A stretch of 64,000 bases of DNA from the human T2T-CHM13v2.0 reference genome, Homo sapiens, in NCBI RefSeq assembly GCF_009914755.1, contig NC_060932.1; one strand, written 5' to 3'. A program made the position numbers and the translations under genes. The notes beneath the pieces are model-generated. The model searched no databases, was not told where the DNA came from, and saw only the letters and a program-made list of their open reading frames with translations. This document shows positions 1 to 13,018 of the stretch, in pieces (the stretch's first letter is position 1; each line of letters starts with the position of its first letter).

Positions 1-226
1 ACTCTGGGGTAAAAAAAATGTTTAAAATAAGAATTGGGAACAGCATCTGAGGAAAAGATGAGACACACGTATAAACTCTTCTGCACAAATAGACATCTCA
101 TATAGAAAACTTAAAACGCTGGTATTTTTTCAACACGCCCTTTTCTGAGAAGTTGAAAAGGCTAGACTGTCACAACGAACTTCAAATGCAACTTCAGTAA
201 ATTCTAATAAATAAGGATGTACTGAC

Positions 227-452
227 CTGGAACTCACTCCTCTCAAGGGCATTACTATCCAGAGGAAATGCTTTCAGCATGAACATTCTGGATGCACTAA
301 AATGCAGTAAGATCCAGGATCACTATTCTCAGGAAGGGAAGCCCTTGGAGCATGGCTTGTGGTTCCAAGACTTCTCAGAAATAGCATTTATTTCCCTCCC
401 ATTTTCCAGCCATTTTCTCCCCAAAGTCAAATGATACAAAGAGCTCTTCTGC
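227..452 (-). pseudogene. RGS-repeat exon remnant
   Basis: taattag|GCAG...CCAG|gtcagt; reads ILDLTAF*CIQNVHAES-fs-LWIV (RGS F..FL..HAEE.+.FW-like). Confidence 0.5.
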
Positions 453-827
453 CTAATTACCCCAGTAGTGACCATTAGGAGGGAGAGAATATGCATTTTA
501 ATATATTCTGAAGGTGAAATAACTCTTGATGCTTAATTATCCTATCTCTCATAGAGTGGGTCTTTTGACACATTTTAATTGAAGATAGAAGTTAGAGGAC
601 AATTTGGGACCTAAAGTTTTAAATGTATGACATGGCCTAGAGGAAGAGCCACACTGATTGAGCACCTACAATGTGTAAGGCATTCTGTAGGATGTTTTCT
701 TAAATCATTACACAACTTTATTAGGTAGGTACTGTGTTGTGTTTTATACATAAAGAAACAAAGGCTCAGCGAGCTTGATGTGAGTAGTCCAAATCTATAC
801 TTCTTTTTAGGGTATCACCATCCTTAC

Positions 828-1200
828 TATTAAGTCCTGGATTAAATGACAGTCTCTCACTTCTATCCTTAATAGCTCATGCTTAGGCAAAATTGGAACT
901 GCTAGCTGTTTCTTGAATTCGTCCTTTTCTCTCACGCCCTTATCGTCTTTGTAAATGTTTTTACCTTTGTTGGAAAAGCCTTCCCTGGATTCCTCCACTG
1001 TCCCTTTTAATCCATCGGCTGAATCTTCCCCGACTTCCCCAGAGAGGGTTAGACTCTTTTTCCACTATGCTTCCACTTCCTGAATTCATCAGATAATTTC
1101 CAAAACAGCAGTGTAACATATGGGGTTTATTTTTGGCTCATAGCCCAATCACAACTAAATTGTCCTTTGACAGCAGGATTGTATTTTTTAATTTTCATAG
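828..1200 (-). pseudogene. RGS-repeat exon remnant (5' boundary approximate)
   Basis: One frame reads YNPAVKGQFSCDWAMSQK*TPYVTLLFWKLSDEFRKW (LLFW at 1100-1111); downstream FSNKGKNIYK; donor AATA|gtaagg. Confidence 0.75.
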
Positions 1201-1398
1201 CTCTGTGGCACCAAGCATTAAGTAAGCACCCATTATAACTTTGTGGAAGGCAGGATGAGATGTTGGGAGGAGGAGAGGGAGGAAGTTTGGGAGGGCAAAA
1301 AGAGGGGTAATGAGGGAAGGTCAGGAGAAGAAAAAAGAAAGAAGAAAAGACAAAATTAAAAAGGGAAGCAAAATAGAAAGGAAGGAGCAGAGGGAAGG

Positions 1399-1786
1399 TG
1401 ATATGGTTTGGCTCTGTGTCCTCACTCAAATCTCATCTCAATTTGTAATTCCCATATGTTGAGGGAGGGACCTGTAATCCCGACGTGTAGAGGGAGGGAG
1501 GTGATTGGATCACGGAGGCAGTTCCCCCATGCTGTTCTCATTATAATGAGTGAGTTCTCACAAGATCTGATGGTTTTATAAGGGGTTCTTCCCCTTTTGC
1601 TTGCTTTTCTCTCTCCTGCTGCCTTGTGGAGAAGGTGCTTGCATCCCCTTTGCCTTCTGCCATGAGTGTAAGTTTCCTGAGGCCTCCTCAGCCATGTGGA
1701 ACTGTGAGTCAGTTAAACCCCTTTCCTTCAGAAATTACCCAGTCTCAGGGAAGTTCTTTATAGCAGCGTGAAAACAAACTAATACA
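1399..1786 (+). mobile_element. THE1-family (ERVL-MaLR) solo LTR
   Basis: Starts TGATATGGTTTGGCTCTGTGTCC, ends AAACTAATACA; 5-bp TSD gaagg/gaaag. Confidence 0.9.
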
Positions 1787-1809
1787 GAAAGACAGGTTAG
1801 AAGAGAGGC

Positions 1810-2322
1810 TACTTATCTATTAAAGCATTACAGCTTACTCCAAACTTTAGTGTCTAAAGTAATAAACATGTATTTTCTCACAATCTATAAGTCAGGGGTT
1901 CAGAAGCTGATGCATGGTCCTGGCTCAGGCTTTCTCAAGGGGTTGCATTCCAAATAGCAGGTGGAGGTGTACTCATTTGAAGAATTGGCTGTGGCTGGAG
2001 GACCCTTCTGCAGGATGCCTGACTCACAATGGCTAGCAAGCAGGTGTCGGCTACCAGCAGGAGACTTCAGTTCTTCATTGTAAGGACCTCTAAACAGGGC
2101 CACTTGAGAGTCCTCATCATATACCTGTTGGCTTCTCCACAAAGCAAATGATCAGACAAAAGAGAACAAGGAGAAAGCCACAATGTCTTTTATGACCTAG
2201 GCTGGAAGTCTCGCATCATCCTTTCTGTCATATCCTGTCGGTTATTCAAGTCAACCTTATTCCTTGATGGACAGATCTACACATAGGCAGGCGACAGAGA
2301 CCACTGGAGGCCATCTTGGAGA
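1810..2322 (-). mobile_element. MLT1-family MaLR LTR (old, approximate)
   Basis: Resembles MLT1 (…tctcacaatct…, gcctgactcacaatggct, atgtcttttatgacctaggctggaagtc, ggaggccatcttgga). Confidence 0.6.
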
Positions 2323-2336
2323 TGTGGTTAATTTAC

Positions 2337-2637
2337 ACATTGATCTACATTGGTGGTTAATTTAAAGATACTGCCTGTGATTGTCCCAGAACATTACAAT
2401 GCCAATACAATCATATCATTTTATTTCTTTTCCAAAACATCAGGAGTGCAGATATAGAAGGGGACCATGCTGCTAATCATTTTTGGAGGTAAGCATAATA
2501 TAAATTACAAAGAAATAGATAACTGAATGCTAAGTCTGTTGAAATACTCCAAGTAAACTGGGGTTTGTTTATTCAGTTAATTTCTGTTTCCCAGAATTCT
2601 CAGACTGCCTTTATGGATAAAAGATCTTACAGTACCA
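2337..2637 (-). pseudogene. RGS-repeat exon remnant (end of one repeat, start of next)
   Basis: ttttggtag|TGG...; single frame PSLLGVFQQT*HSVIYFF…CFGKEIK*YDCIGIVMFWDNHRQYL; donor TGT|gtaaat. Confidence 0.7.
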
Positions 2638-2899
2638 CTACCAAAACAGTATGGTAAAAAAGAAATATGTACATTATTTGGAGCTGACAGTGCTCAATTT
2701 GACTCTTGATTTAACGACTTATTGACTGAATTATCTGGCTAAATTTTTTGAGCTCCCTCAGCCTCAGTTTTCTCTATAAAATGGATCTAATACTGCCAAT
2801 AGGATAGTTCTGAGAATGTGCATCATAGCACCCATAAAATACCTTGCACAATTCCTGAAGCATAAGAGCTGCTATTTGTTTCACCCTTTTCCTTATTTC

Positions 2900-3139
2900 A
2901 GATAAAAAAAGAGAAAAAATTCATGCAGATAATTAGATGTCTTGTCAAACACAGCACAAACATCTAGATATTTGAGAATATCTGCATGTTTACAATCATA
3001 AAAAACAGAGCATTCAGAGTAACTGCTTCTTTCCACTCTTTGTTTAGGTGATTTTGGAATTAAGCAAAGGCAATCCCATTTTCATAATACCAAATCAGAC
3101 AGGACAGGAATAATATTTACAGTGAAAAGCCAAGACAAC
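2900..3139 (-). pseudogene. RGS-repeat exon remnant (3' boundary approximate)
   Basis: Reads YENGIAFA*FQNHLNKEWKEAVTLNALFFMIV (F..+L.KE…LF++). Confidence 0.6.
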
Positions 3140-3454
3140 CTTGAAGTTGAGAGTTGCAGAGGCCTTCATGATTGTAGCATGTTGCTTCTCAATGCTTCCT
3201 CCTCGCATTAGTACCACCTGGAGAGCTGTTAAAAATACCTATGTGTCGACTTTGTTCCCAGAGTTATCACTGGGTTTTCCTGAGTTTGTTCCAAGAGTTA
3301 TCATTGGGTTTTCCTGGGTTGGTTTCTCAGGGCTCCCTGGATGATTTTAATGGTCAGCCAGCTGGAGAAGCACAGATCCAGCACAACCCTCTCATACAGC
3401 AAGCAACATAGTGACACGGAGGCTAGATATTTCAAACTCTTTTCCCAGAGCCAC

Positions 3455-3825
3455 TGCTATGGCTTGGCTCTGTGTCCCCATTTAAATCTCATCTGGAATT
3501 GTAACTGCTATCATTCCCCTGTGTCATAGGAGGAACCCAGTGGGAGGAGATTGAATTATGGGGGCAGGTCTTTCCTGTGCTGTGCTTGTGATAGTGAATG
3601 GGTCTCATGAAATCTGATGGTTTTAAAAACGTGAGTTTCCCCGCTCAAGCTCTCTTTTTGCATGCTGCCATCCACAAAAGATGTGACTTGCTCCTCCTTG
3701 CCTTCTGCCATTATTGTGAGGCCTCCCCAGCCATGTGGAACTGTAAGTCCAGTAAACCTCCTTCTTTTGTAAATTAGCCAGTCTTGGGTCTGTCTTTATC
3801 AGCAGCATGAAAACAGACTAATACA
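3455..3825 (+). mobile_element. THE1A/B-type solo LTR
   Basis: TGCTATGGCTTGGCTCTGTGTCCCC…ATGAAAACAGACTAATACA; TSD gccac/gccgc. Confidence 0.9.
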
Positions 3826-4187
3826 GCCGCAGTCAGATTTCATTATTTTTTAGTTCGATTTATTTGATCAACAATAATTGAAGTTATATTAGAAATAAAT
3901 GCTGACTAATAGTCCCTAAGGTTTATTACCATTGCATAGTTTACTAAAGCATGTTCAATTTCATTAATTCTCTTGATCTTCAAAAATAACTTTATAAGAT
4001 ACATTGAAGTGAATATTAATTAGCTCCACCTCATAAATGAGCAACTTGAAGCTGAAGAAAGCAGAGTAAACATTGCAAGGAATGAAGCAAACAGGTAGCA
4101 GAGACAGGACTTTACAGCAAGTCTTCCAATTCCAAATTCTTTATTGTTCAGTTATGCACAAAGAAAATGTTTAAAAGTGCTGTTTAC

Positions 4188-4495
4188 TTAGGGTCATATA
4201 TAGCCTCTTCCCTCTCACGAGTCCTCATCCAAAAGAAATGGTGTGAACTGTAGCAAGTAGAGGCTCGAAGTTCCAAATTCAAGGGCTGTACAATGGCTCT
4301 TAAAGAGTGGCCTCATATTTGAAAAGCAATTTTCTTTATTTTAGGTCACTGTTAACCATCCCGTAATGCAAAACCCTTTGCATCAGATTTTGAGGAAAGA
4401 ATAATTTTGACTGCACATTGTTTCATCCAGTTTCCAAAGCAAGGAGGTAGAAACTGGCTAATGCCATGCTCAAAGGGATGATTTTCCTCTTCACC
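4188..4495 (-). pseudogene. RGS-repeat exon remnant (5' boundary approximate)
   Basis: PCFGNWMKQ…IKKIAFQI*GHSLRAIVQPLNL (A..I+..+L...P+N+); donor CTAA|gtaaac. Confidence 0.55.
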
Positions 4496-4527
4496 AAGAC
4501 ACAGTAGGAAAGCAATGAGGGGCCTGA

Positions 4528-5113
<586 letters not shown>

Positions 5114-5520
5114 TTCTTTAGTCTTTTATAAGGACACTTGTCGTTGCATTTAGAGCCTGTCCAAGTAATTTAGGGTAAATTCATCTTAAGATCTATTTGC
5201 CAAGCCATGTTTTATTCTAAATAAGGCCACATTCACAGGTTCTGGGTGGACATAACTTTTGGGAATCATGATTCAATCAACTACAGAGGTATTTTCCTCT
5301 TATAAATTGCTTTGGTCTGTTTGCTTTTTAGTCATTGCTGGCATGCAGAAAAATTCTTAATGATTTGAAGATTTATTTGTACCTAGCCTTCTTCCTGAGC
5401 TCTCTTTTTAGTTCTTATTTTTAAGTGATGCTTAGAATGTCTAGAGACAATCTCATCATCTGCATAAATGATAATTTTGTTCCCCCTTTTCCAATTCATG
5501 GCTGCATTTGACATTCATAC

Positions 5521-5754
5521 TTTTAAGACATGGTTCTCAAAAAGCAAATTATCTTAAGAGCAGGTGTAGGAGTTATTGCTGTCAATTAAAGGAAATCAAA
5601 TTTGTCAAGGCAAAGGAACAAAGTAAGAATGTCAGGGCAATTCAGGGCATAGACTTAAAGAGCTGCGACATCTTTGAAATTATTAGTTTCATCCATTGTT
5701 TTTGCCAATGCATATGACAAGGCCCAGCTACTTGAAGATACTTGCACAAGGTCA
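5521..5754 (-). pseudogene. RGS-repeat exon remnant (C-terminal half)
   Basis: ctctgttgag|TG ACC...; TLCKYLQVAGPCHMHW…ISFN*QQ*LLHLLLR*FAF; donor AAAA|gtatga. Confidence 0.65.
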
Positions 5755-5774
5755 CTCAACAGAGAAAGAATTAA

Positions 5775-5813
5775 ACACACACAAACACACACACGCACAC
5801 ACACACACACACA
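5775..5813. repeat. (CA)n microsatellite
   Basis: Direct reading of acacac tract. Confidence 0.9.
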
Positions 5814-5819
5814 CCCCTC

Positions 5820-6410
5820 CTCTCCTTTCAATCTATAGTACCAAAATGATACTTTAAATCTGAATATGTAACCATGTTACTCACATAAAAATCTTCATTA
5901 ACTGACATGTTTTTAAGGGAAATCTACCATGGCCTGGACAGTCCCGCCTGTCTCTCCAGCCTCACTTTAGGTCTCTCTTGCAGATTTTCCCTCTGCTCCG
6001 GGCACAGGCTGTTTTTACTTCCCTGAATCTGCCAACCTGGTCTCAGGGCTTTCACATATGCTTTTCCTTCTGGCTGAAGAAATCTCCCTTTCCACACTTC
6101 TATCCTTTCCCCTTCCAGCCCCTGCTGTCTGTTTAACTAATTCTATTGCCCAAGAGAAGATGAGTCACCCCTTCCACCCAGATTAGATTGAAGCCATACT
6201 TTTCTGTCTCATTGGAAATCTAAAGATCATTAATATCAGGTGTAACAATAGCAATTAATTAATGCTGCATATAATTTATTGGTTCAATATATGTCTTTCC
6301 CACTAGAGTGTAAACTACATGAGACCCCAAACCAAGTCTGTCTTGTAATATCCTATATCTTACAAAGTACCTAGCTCATAGGATGTACTTAATCTTAAAA
6401 ACCGATGAAT
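5820..6410. mobile_element. L2 LINE fragment (approximate)
   Basis: L2 3'-type motifs: tcagggctttcacatatgcttttccttctggc, cactagagtgtaaactacatgag, gatgaatgaa. Confidence 0.6.
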
Positions 6411-6617
6411 GAAGAAGACACTCATTTTTATGCTTGTCTCAATAATATCATAGCCTTTAATTATTTGATCCTTCAAAATACTCCATTCCCTTCTGTATCT
6501 GCTATTGCTATGTATTCCCTAAGTTCTTTCTTTCTCATTTCTAGCTGCTTGAGGCAGGGTGGTTATTTTAGAATATCACCTAATGCTTAAACAGCATCAA
6601 ATACTAATTTTAGATAC

Positions 6618-6966
6618 TTAAAAGCTTCAAAAAGATTGTGTCAAAAATGCTATGAGCACAGTCTGTTACAATTCACAAAAATGTATCTTAAGGAGTCCCT
6701 TCTTGGTGGCCTTTATTTAAGCTATAACGGGAATAATAAACTTAATAGCCAGTATGTTAAGAATGTGTTCTTCATGGGAGGCATTTATTCTCAACTCTCA
6801 CTTCCTTCCCAGACCTAAAGGATCTCATCTTTCTTGGGTATAGCACAAATTGAGGAACCAGACAACCTAATCCCTTCTGTTGTTTTGAAGTTTTTGTAGG
6901 GCATGAGCCATCTTCCAAAACTGATCTAAAGCTCGAAGATTTTCAATATGAGAATATTTAGTGACC
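6618..6966 (-). pseudogene. RGS-repeat exon remnant
   Basis: ctatttgtag|G GTC...; one frame HIENLRALDQFWKMAHALQKL…IHFCEL*QTVLIAFLTQSF*SF. Confidence 0.75.
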
Positions 6967-7095
6967 CTACAAATAGCCCAATTAGATACTGTTCTTATTT
7001 CATATTCATGCATGTAAAAACTAGTAATAAAATACATCAAATTATATTTTTCAAGAAAGCAATAGAGTATGGTAATTATTTCAGGAAGAACTTGC

Positions 7096-7342
7096 CAAAT
7101 TATTTACAGGAATTAGAGAAAATGTCCGCATTCTTAGCATCTCTCACACAGCATTAAGTCTCTGCTACAAATTGCATGGCGTGAAGGAAAACAAAATCTT
7201 ATTCCAAACATCAGGTTTCTATTCTCTTGCGATATGTGTAAAATGTACCCATAAGGAGTTCCTGAGGGTGAAATCCTTCTCCCTTCTCACTGGTAACTTT
7301 TTAAACTGTACGATGATTACTGAATGGCACCAGAATTCCAGC
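7096..7342 (-). pseudogene. RGS-repeat exon remnant
   Basis: ctttttaag|G CTG GAA TTC TGG = LEFWCHSVIIVQFKKLP…QRLNAV*EMLRMRTF; possible GC donor TTG|gcaagt. Confidence 0.75.
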
Positions 7343-8408
7343 CTTAAAAAGTTATGCATAATGCTTCTTTTTTGTGAACTTATTATATAGCCAACTATTC
7401 ATATGGGATATGTTCACAAGTATTAACAATAATTCCTCACTATGCTGCTATACTGGTCATATTCCACATGGAGGGAAAGCTGTCTTTAATGCTAAGTGCA
7501 TAATAGAGAAGAGGGAAAGATAATATGGAATATAGTCTATCCAGTGGACCCAGATGGAAAGGAAACAAAAATTGACATATGGTCAAGAGTTAAAGGAACT
7601 GGAGGTGAGTATCCTGGAACTGACAGGTAGATACCTGAAAGCTGCCTGCACACACCTGAAAAAGAGTCAAGAGAAGAGGGTTTAGGGTCTTTATTTTTAA
7701 TGCCTGACTAGGGAAAGACTCAATGGATAAAAGCTATAGAAACACAAATTAATTTTCTTTGACCCAAAGTATTCTTAAAGGCAGCCCTTAAAAATTCAAT
7801 GGATGGCTCAAGAGGACATGGACAAGAACCCTCCAGCACTAGCGAAATTTGTCAGAACTTTCTTATAGGAGATGTAAGCGTCATACACAAGGATGGCTTA
7901 GATCAGTGATATTTAAACCATAGGCTGGCAGGTCAAGAAAAACATGTAAGCAGCCAGGCATTTGGGTCTCCTGTTTCTGTTTGTTTGCTTATTTGAATGT
8001 GTTCCATTCCTTGTCAATTTTCACAGTAAAGAGTTTGTGTTCAAGCAACTTCTTATGGTCACCAGTAAGGATTTTTTTGAATTTTGTTTTGTGTTTGTTT
8101 TGTTTCTCAGTATCCTTTGGGACTTGTAGATTGTGATGTACTTGAAGTATTTCAATGCACTGAAGTCATTCTTCTTTCTGATTCCGCAGTGTCCTACCTT
8201 AGGCCAGTGAGAGCTCTTTCAAACTGTCTCTTGTGTCCTTTTGATGTGACTCCATTAGTCTTTGAGTGTCCCTTTACCCTCTGGCATAAGAAGCGCCAGG
8301 CTCATCTAGTGTAGTCCCTGCCTCAGACTGGAATCGGCCATTTCTCCAAGAAGCCCTGGCTCAATTTAGTCAGGAAGGGATGCCAAGGGGCTGAGCAGAT
8401 CTGCTTAC

Positions 8409-8544
8409 ATATGCTTTCCATAGAGAAGTTTGGGTAAGAATTTATTTGAAAATAAGGAAAAATTCTCCTATAAAAATGGCTGGAAAAATAGCCATCTAGA
8501 TAATTTTTTAAATCCATGCTTATTCTCCTTTCTGTAGGAGGTAG
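8409..8544 (-). pseudogene. RGS-repeat exon remnant, still open (136 bp)
   Basis: ttgtttttctttttag|CTA…AT|gtaagc; LPPTERRISMDLKNYLDGYFSSHFYRRIFPYFQINSYPNFSMESI, cf. canonical RGS AQKRI+.LMEKDSYPRF. Confidence 0.8.
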
Positions 8545-8651
8545 CTAAAAAGAAAAACAAACTAAAAACTAAAAATGAATAAATTGATCAATCCCTTCTT
8601 CTTTGAGTGACTCTAAATACAATAATTCCTAAAATGGGAATTCAACAGCAA

Positions 8652-8950
8652 TTTTTTTAAGAGACAGGGTTTCACCCTGTTGTCCAGGCTGGAGCACAGT
8701 GGCACCATCATGGGTAACTGTAACCTCAAACTCCTGGGCTCAAGCCATCCTCCTGTCTCAGCCTCTCCAGTAGCTGGCACTACAGGTACACATCGCCGTT
8801 CCTGGCTACATTTGTTTTTGTTTTTGTTTGCACAGATGGCTGGAGTCTCACTGAGTTGCCCAGGCTGGTCTCAAACTCCTGGCTTCAAGTGATCCTCCCA
8901 GGTTGGCCTACCAAAACACTAGGATGACAGGTGTGAGCTACTGCACCTGA
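8652..8950 (-). mobile_element. AluJ element
   Basis: gagacagggtttcaccctgttgtccaggctggag…ctcctgggctcaagccatcc (AluJ-type), diverged. Confidence 0.9.
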
Positions 8951-9960
8951 TCTGGAAACAGAATTCTTTTGGACCTGCAATATTGGTTATAGGAGTTCCT
9001 TATAACAAATAGTTTGTTACCCTTGTGATATTTTGTTTTAACACTTTGTAGTATGTGTTTAATATTTTTAAAGACATGAAACACAGCCTACTGTACTTGG
9101 GTTACTGGAATACTCCCTCTATCACAGCTTTTCTTCCGAAGTGAAAGTTAACCAGCATCCACAGTTTTGTGTTTTTTATTCCTAGGACTTTTTAAATGCT
9201 GATCTTATGTATATGAAATTACTTTGCATATCTTAAATCGTATTTACATTGTATCATATGGTATATATTATTCTTTAAGATATTTTTTTCTTTTTCTTTA
9301 GCTGAACATTGCTTTTTAAATCTAGCCTGCAAATTCATGTAGTTCTTATTTATTCAGGTTAACCCTTGCATTGTATTCCATTCTGTGAAAGTATCAGAAT
9401 TTATAATAGTGGTATTGTTAGTCTCACATAAGGCTTTTTAGTGTGTTTTCAATTTGTTTTACTATAAACACTGCTATGACAATGCATTCTGGAGCATGTT
9501 TCCTTGTGAACCTGAGTGAGCTTCTTTCAATTATTTACATAGGAGAGAAATTCCTAAGGTACACAAGATGCACATCTTCCACTTCAATGGATATTGTAGA
9601 ATTGTTTACACAAACATGATTCATATTCTAGCTGTTTCATCTATGAGTCTTTGGGCAAAGACCTTCATAGACCTCACTTTCTTCATCTGTAAAAAGAGGA
9701 TGATAATAATTACTCACATCTCACTACCTAATTTTCCTAATCTGTATGATTCTCATACAAATTAAAAGTTATGAAGATTGTATGTGTTCTCACTTTATAC
9801 AAAAACTAAATAAAAATCATTTACGTAAAGCAGCAGTAGCTAATAGGTAATTCACCCTTTTCTCTGTTCTCTTTGCCTTAGCTTGAGGAATGATTCTTTA
9901 ATTAGACATTAGTTGGGAGACAGATGACAGAGAAGATTCCTTTAGGTCTCCTCAACTCAC

Positions 9961-10404
9961 AGTTTGTGAACAGCTGCCGTATCCAGTGTCCACCTAACAT
10001 ATGGGTGGAATTTGCAAAAGTTCCTGGATGGAGAAATATATTGTGTAGAATGTTCCTCTTTGGGAGAATTTATAACAACTTTTCCTAAACTAAAGCCTCA
10101 AATCTTTATTATATTCTGTTAATGACTCAGTGGACTTTTGGCAGAAAGAGCTAGTTTCCTTTGGTACAAACACTTTTATAGAGGGTTCTGATTAATCTAT
10201 CCGATGGTCTAAAATCAAAATAACATATGCAATCGTTGGCTGAAAAAGCTCACCCGTGGTGTTATAACAATAATTCCTCTCCTTGTTTTCATATATAACC
10301 TTTTGGAAACATTCCTGTTGGAGCCAAAATTTCTATATTTTGGAAACTTGGCATATGGATGGATGATGGCTGAAGTATGCCATTTATTTTCCTTTTGGGG
10401 AGGA
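9961..10404 (-). pseudogene. RGS-repeat exon remnant (about 1.5 repeats)
   Basis: ctttctctag|TC…AACT|gtgagt; KINGILQPSSIHMPSFQNIE-(+1 nt at ~10330)-FWLQQECFQK…GELFQPTIAYVILIL…YFSIQELLQIP; cf. RGS EENIEFWLACEDFKK. Confidence 0.8.
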
Positions 10405-10587
10405 CTAGAGAAAGCAGAATAGTTGTTACACTACTTTTGAAAGTAAAGTTTGTAGGACAACCCAGTTTAATGTGGAATAAAGCCCTGTTCTTTAGTTTTC
10501 ATGTCATAACACATATTCATTTCTAAACATTTTTCCTGACCACCCAATTTAAAGTAGTTGACATCCCCAGAAGTCACTTTCTCTAAC

Positions 10588-10926
10588 AGAGGTCAACACA
10601 CTTTTCTGTGTACTGCCAGACAGTAAACATTTTGGACTTTGTATGTTATATGGTCTCTTTCTGTTGCAACTACTGAACTCTTCCATTGTAGCACGAAGGC
10701 GGCTGCAGACAATATGTAAACAGATGAGCATGACTCTGATCCATTACAGCTCTATCTATGGACACTGAAATTTAAATTTGCTAAAATTTTCACATCACAA
10801 AATATTATCCTACTTTTGATATTTTTCTAACACTTAAAAAATGTAAAAAACAATTCCTAACTCACAGACCAAACACAACCAGGCAGTAGACAGAATTTGA
10901 CCAGTGAGCTATCATTTGAGACCCTC
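10588..10926 (+). mobile_element. MER58B-type hAT-Charlie DNA transposon
   Basis: cagaggtcaacacacttttctgt…gcaactactgaactcttccattgtagcacgaaggcggctgcagacaatatgtaaac. Confidence 0.8.
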
Positions 10927-11039
10927 AGTTCCACATTACTTTTAGAGAGTTTTTTTAAATGTCACTTCTTAGCATCTAAACAAATCTATTTACATATTTA
11001 TATTACTTCTATAGTGTCATGTGCTAAAATCTAAGCTCT

Positions 11040-11416
11040 TGTATTAGTCCGTTCTCACACTGCTATAAAGACATACCTGAGACTTGGTCATCTATAAAGA
11101 AAAAAGGCGTAATTGTCTCATGGCTTCTGCTTCTGGGAGGCCTTAGGAAACTTACAATCATGGTGGAAGGCAAAGGGGAAGCAGAAATGGCTTACATGGC
11201 TGGGGCAGGAGGAAGAGCATGAAGGGAGAGGTGCTACACACTTTTAAACAACCAGATATCATGAGAACTCTATCACAAGACAGCACTGGGGGATGAAGCT
11301 AAACCATTAGAAACCACCCCCATGATCCAATCACCTCCCACCAGGTCTCACCTCCAATATGGGGGATTACAATTCAACATGAGATTTAGGCGGGAACTCG
11401 AAGCCAAACCATATCA
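11040..11416 (-). mobile_element. MSTA-type MaLR solo LTR
   Basis: TGTATTAGTCCGTTCTCACACTGCTATAAAG…CCAAACCATATCA; perfect 5-bp TSD gctct. Confidence 0.9.
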
Positions 11417-11972
11417 GCTCTGTCCCTGTGAAAGCAGGGACATTATCTGTCTTATTCAGCCCTATGTACAGCACTGCAGTCACTCAGTAAATATGTGTAG
11501 AACGTATACATCTGTAGCTTTCAGGCAAATCAGTTCCCCTACATGAAGTAATATCTTAACATGGATAGAATATTGAATTCTCCTAGTGATTTTTTTTTCA
11601 AATACATTTTATATGTACTATAAAATGCAATGGTGAAGAAACAGTATAGGAAAGTATTTTTTAAACTTTGGAGTTAAGAAGACCAGGCTTTTAATCCCTG
11701 CCCCATCAGTTGCTGTTTGTTAAGTTAGTTGCTGAATCTGTCTCAATTTTATCAGCTCTAAAAAGAGAATATTGTTTCTTTTCATAAAATTCATGGTGGG
11801 GTTTCTGTTTGGTCTTTGATTTTTTCCCTCTAAGCCCACTCTCCATCTTCCAGAACCTGTTCTGGACACCGACAGGTCCACACATAAGGACTACACCAGT
11901 CGTCTGTCTTGTATTCTGGATTCTAGCTGGGTTTTACCAATGGAGAGAGGGAGAAAATGAAACCAGCCCAAT

Positions 11973-12435
11973 TGTTTACGGTTTCTTTAAATAAACATAG
12001 AAATTGATCCTCCCAGTCTTAAAACTTGAGAAAGTTACATTTGTCTTACCTGAGTTCCTTTCTCAGGAAAGCAACCATCAGGCCTCCCAGATTGTATCAA
12101 GGAATTGAAACTTAGCAGATCATGGCTTTTGGACAATGAGATGCCATACGCCTCATCAATCACTATTTCCTAATCATCCACCTGTTTCCTGTTGACCAAC
12201 TTCTCTTCTTTACCTCTCCCTGCTTCCTATTTTCCCACACATAGTTACATTTTTTCCCTGCTATATAAACCCCTAATTTTAGTAAATCAGGGAGATGGTT
12301 TGAGACTGATCTCCCATTGCCTCACCTGCAACACCTGATGAAAGCCTTCTTTCCTGGCAATACTCATCATCTCAGTGATTGGCTTTCTGTGTAGTGAGCA
12401 GCAGAACCTAGACTGGACCCCTGGTGTTTTGTAAG
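11973..12435 (+). mobile_element. ERV1 LTR, MER39-like (approximate)
   Basis: aaacttgagaaagttacatttgtcttacctgagttcctttctcaggaaa…gcagcagaacctagactggacccctggtgttttgtaa. Confidence 0.6.
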
Positions 12436-12530
12436 AAAGAATGAGGTAAGAATATTTATTCCTTTAGTTTAATCTTAGGTCTCAAAGGATAAGGTATCAA
12501 AGTGTTCCTAGAAGAAAGGTGTCAGCTCAC

Positions 12531-12924
12531 AGAATTACAAATCTATTGATGCCCTATGATGCACTGGACTTGATAGGTCCCCCATTAGTGGTTCTGGTAA
12601 CTTTGGTCATAAGTGTGCAAACAATCTTCTTAGTTCCAGGATACTATCTTTTCCTATACCTTGCCCATGGTATAAAAATACTCTTTATTAAAATCTCAAA
12701 CAATTCAAAATTCCTTCTGAGTCCCTGAACTGATCTCAGCAATTTAAAGAGAAATTGCTTGCAATTAAATGGTAGCTCTAATTAAACTATTACTAACCGA
12801 AAATCTGGTTGCCTTCTTTGAAATTGCATTCAAACAATAAATGATTCCCCTCAATAATATAATAATTTTACATTTCTCTGCAGTTACAAACTGGAGTGCC
12901 CAGAAGCTACATTGTCCCACCTTG
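12531..12924 (-). pseudogene. RGS-repeat exon remnant
   Basis: catatttcag|CAAG…TTCT|gtgagc; LQRNVKLLYY*GESF then LIASNFSLNC*DQFRDSEGILNCLRF**RVFLY. Confidence 0.6.
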
Positions 12925-12943
12925 CTGAAATATGTATAAATAC

Positions 12944-12949
<6 letters not shown>

Positions 12950-12995
<46 letters not shown>

Positions 12996-13018
12996 CACAC
13001 ACACACATACACACACAT
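12950..13018. repeat. Compound (TA)n(CA)n microsatellite
   Basis: Direct reading. Confidence 0.95.
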
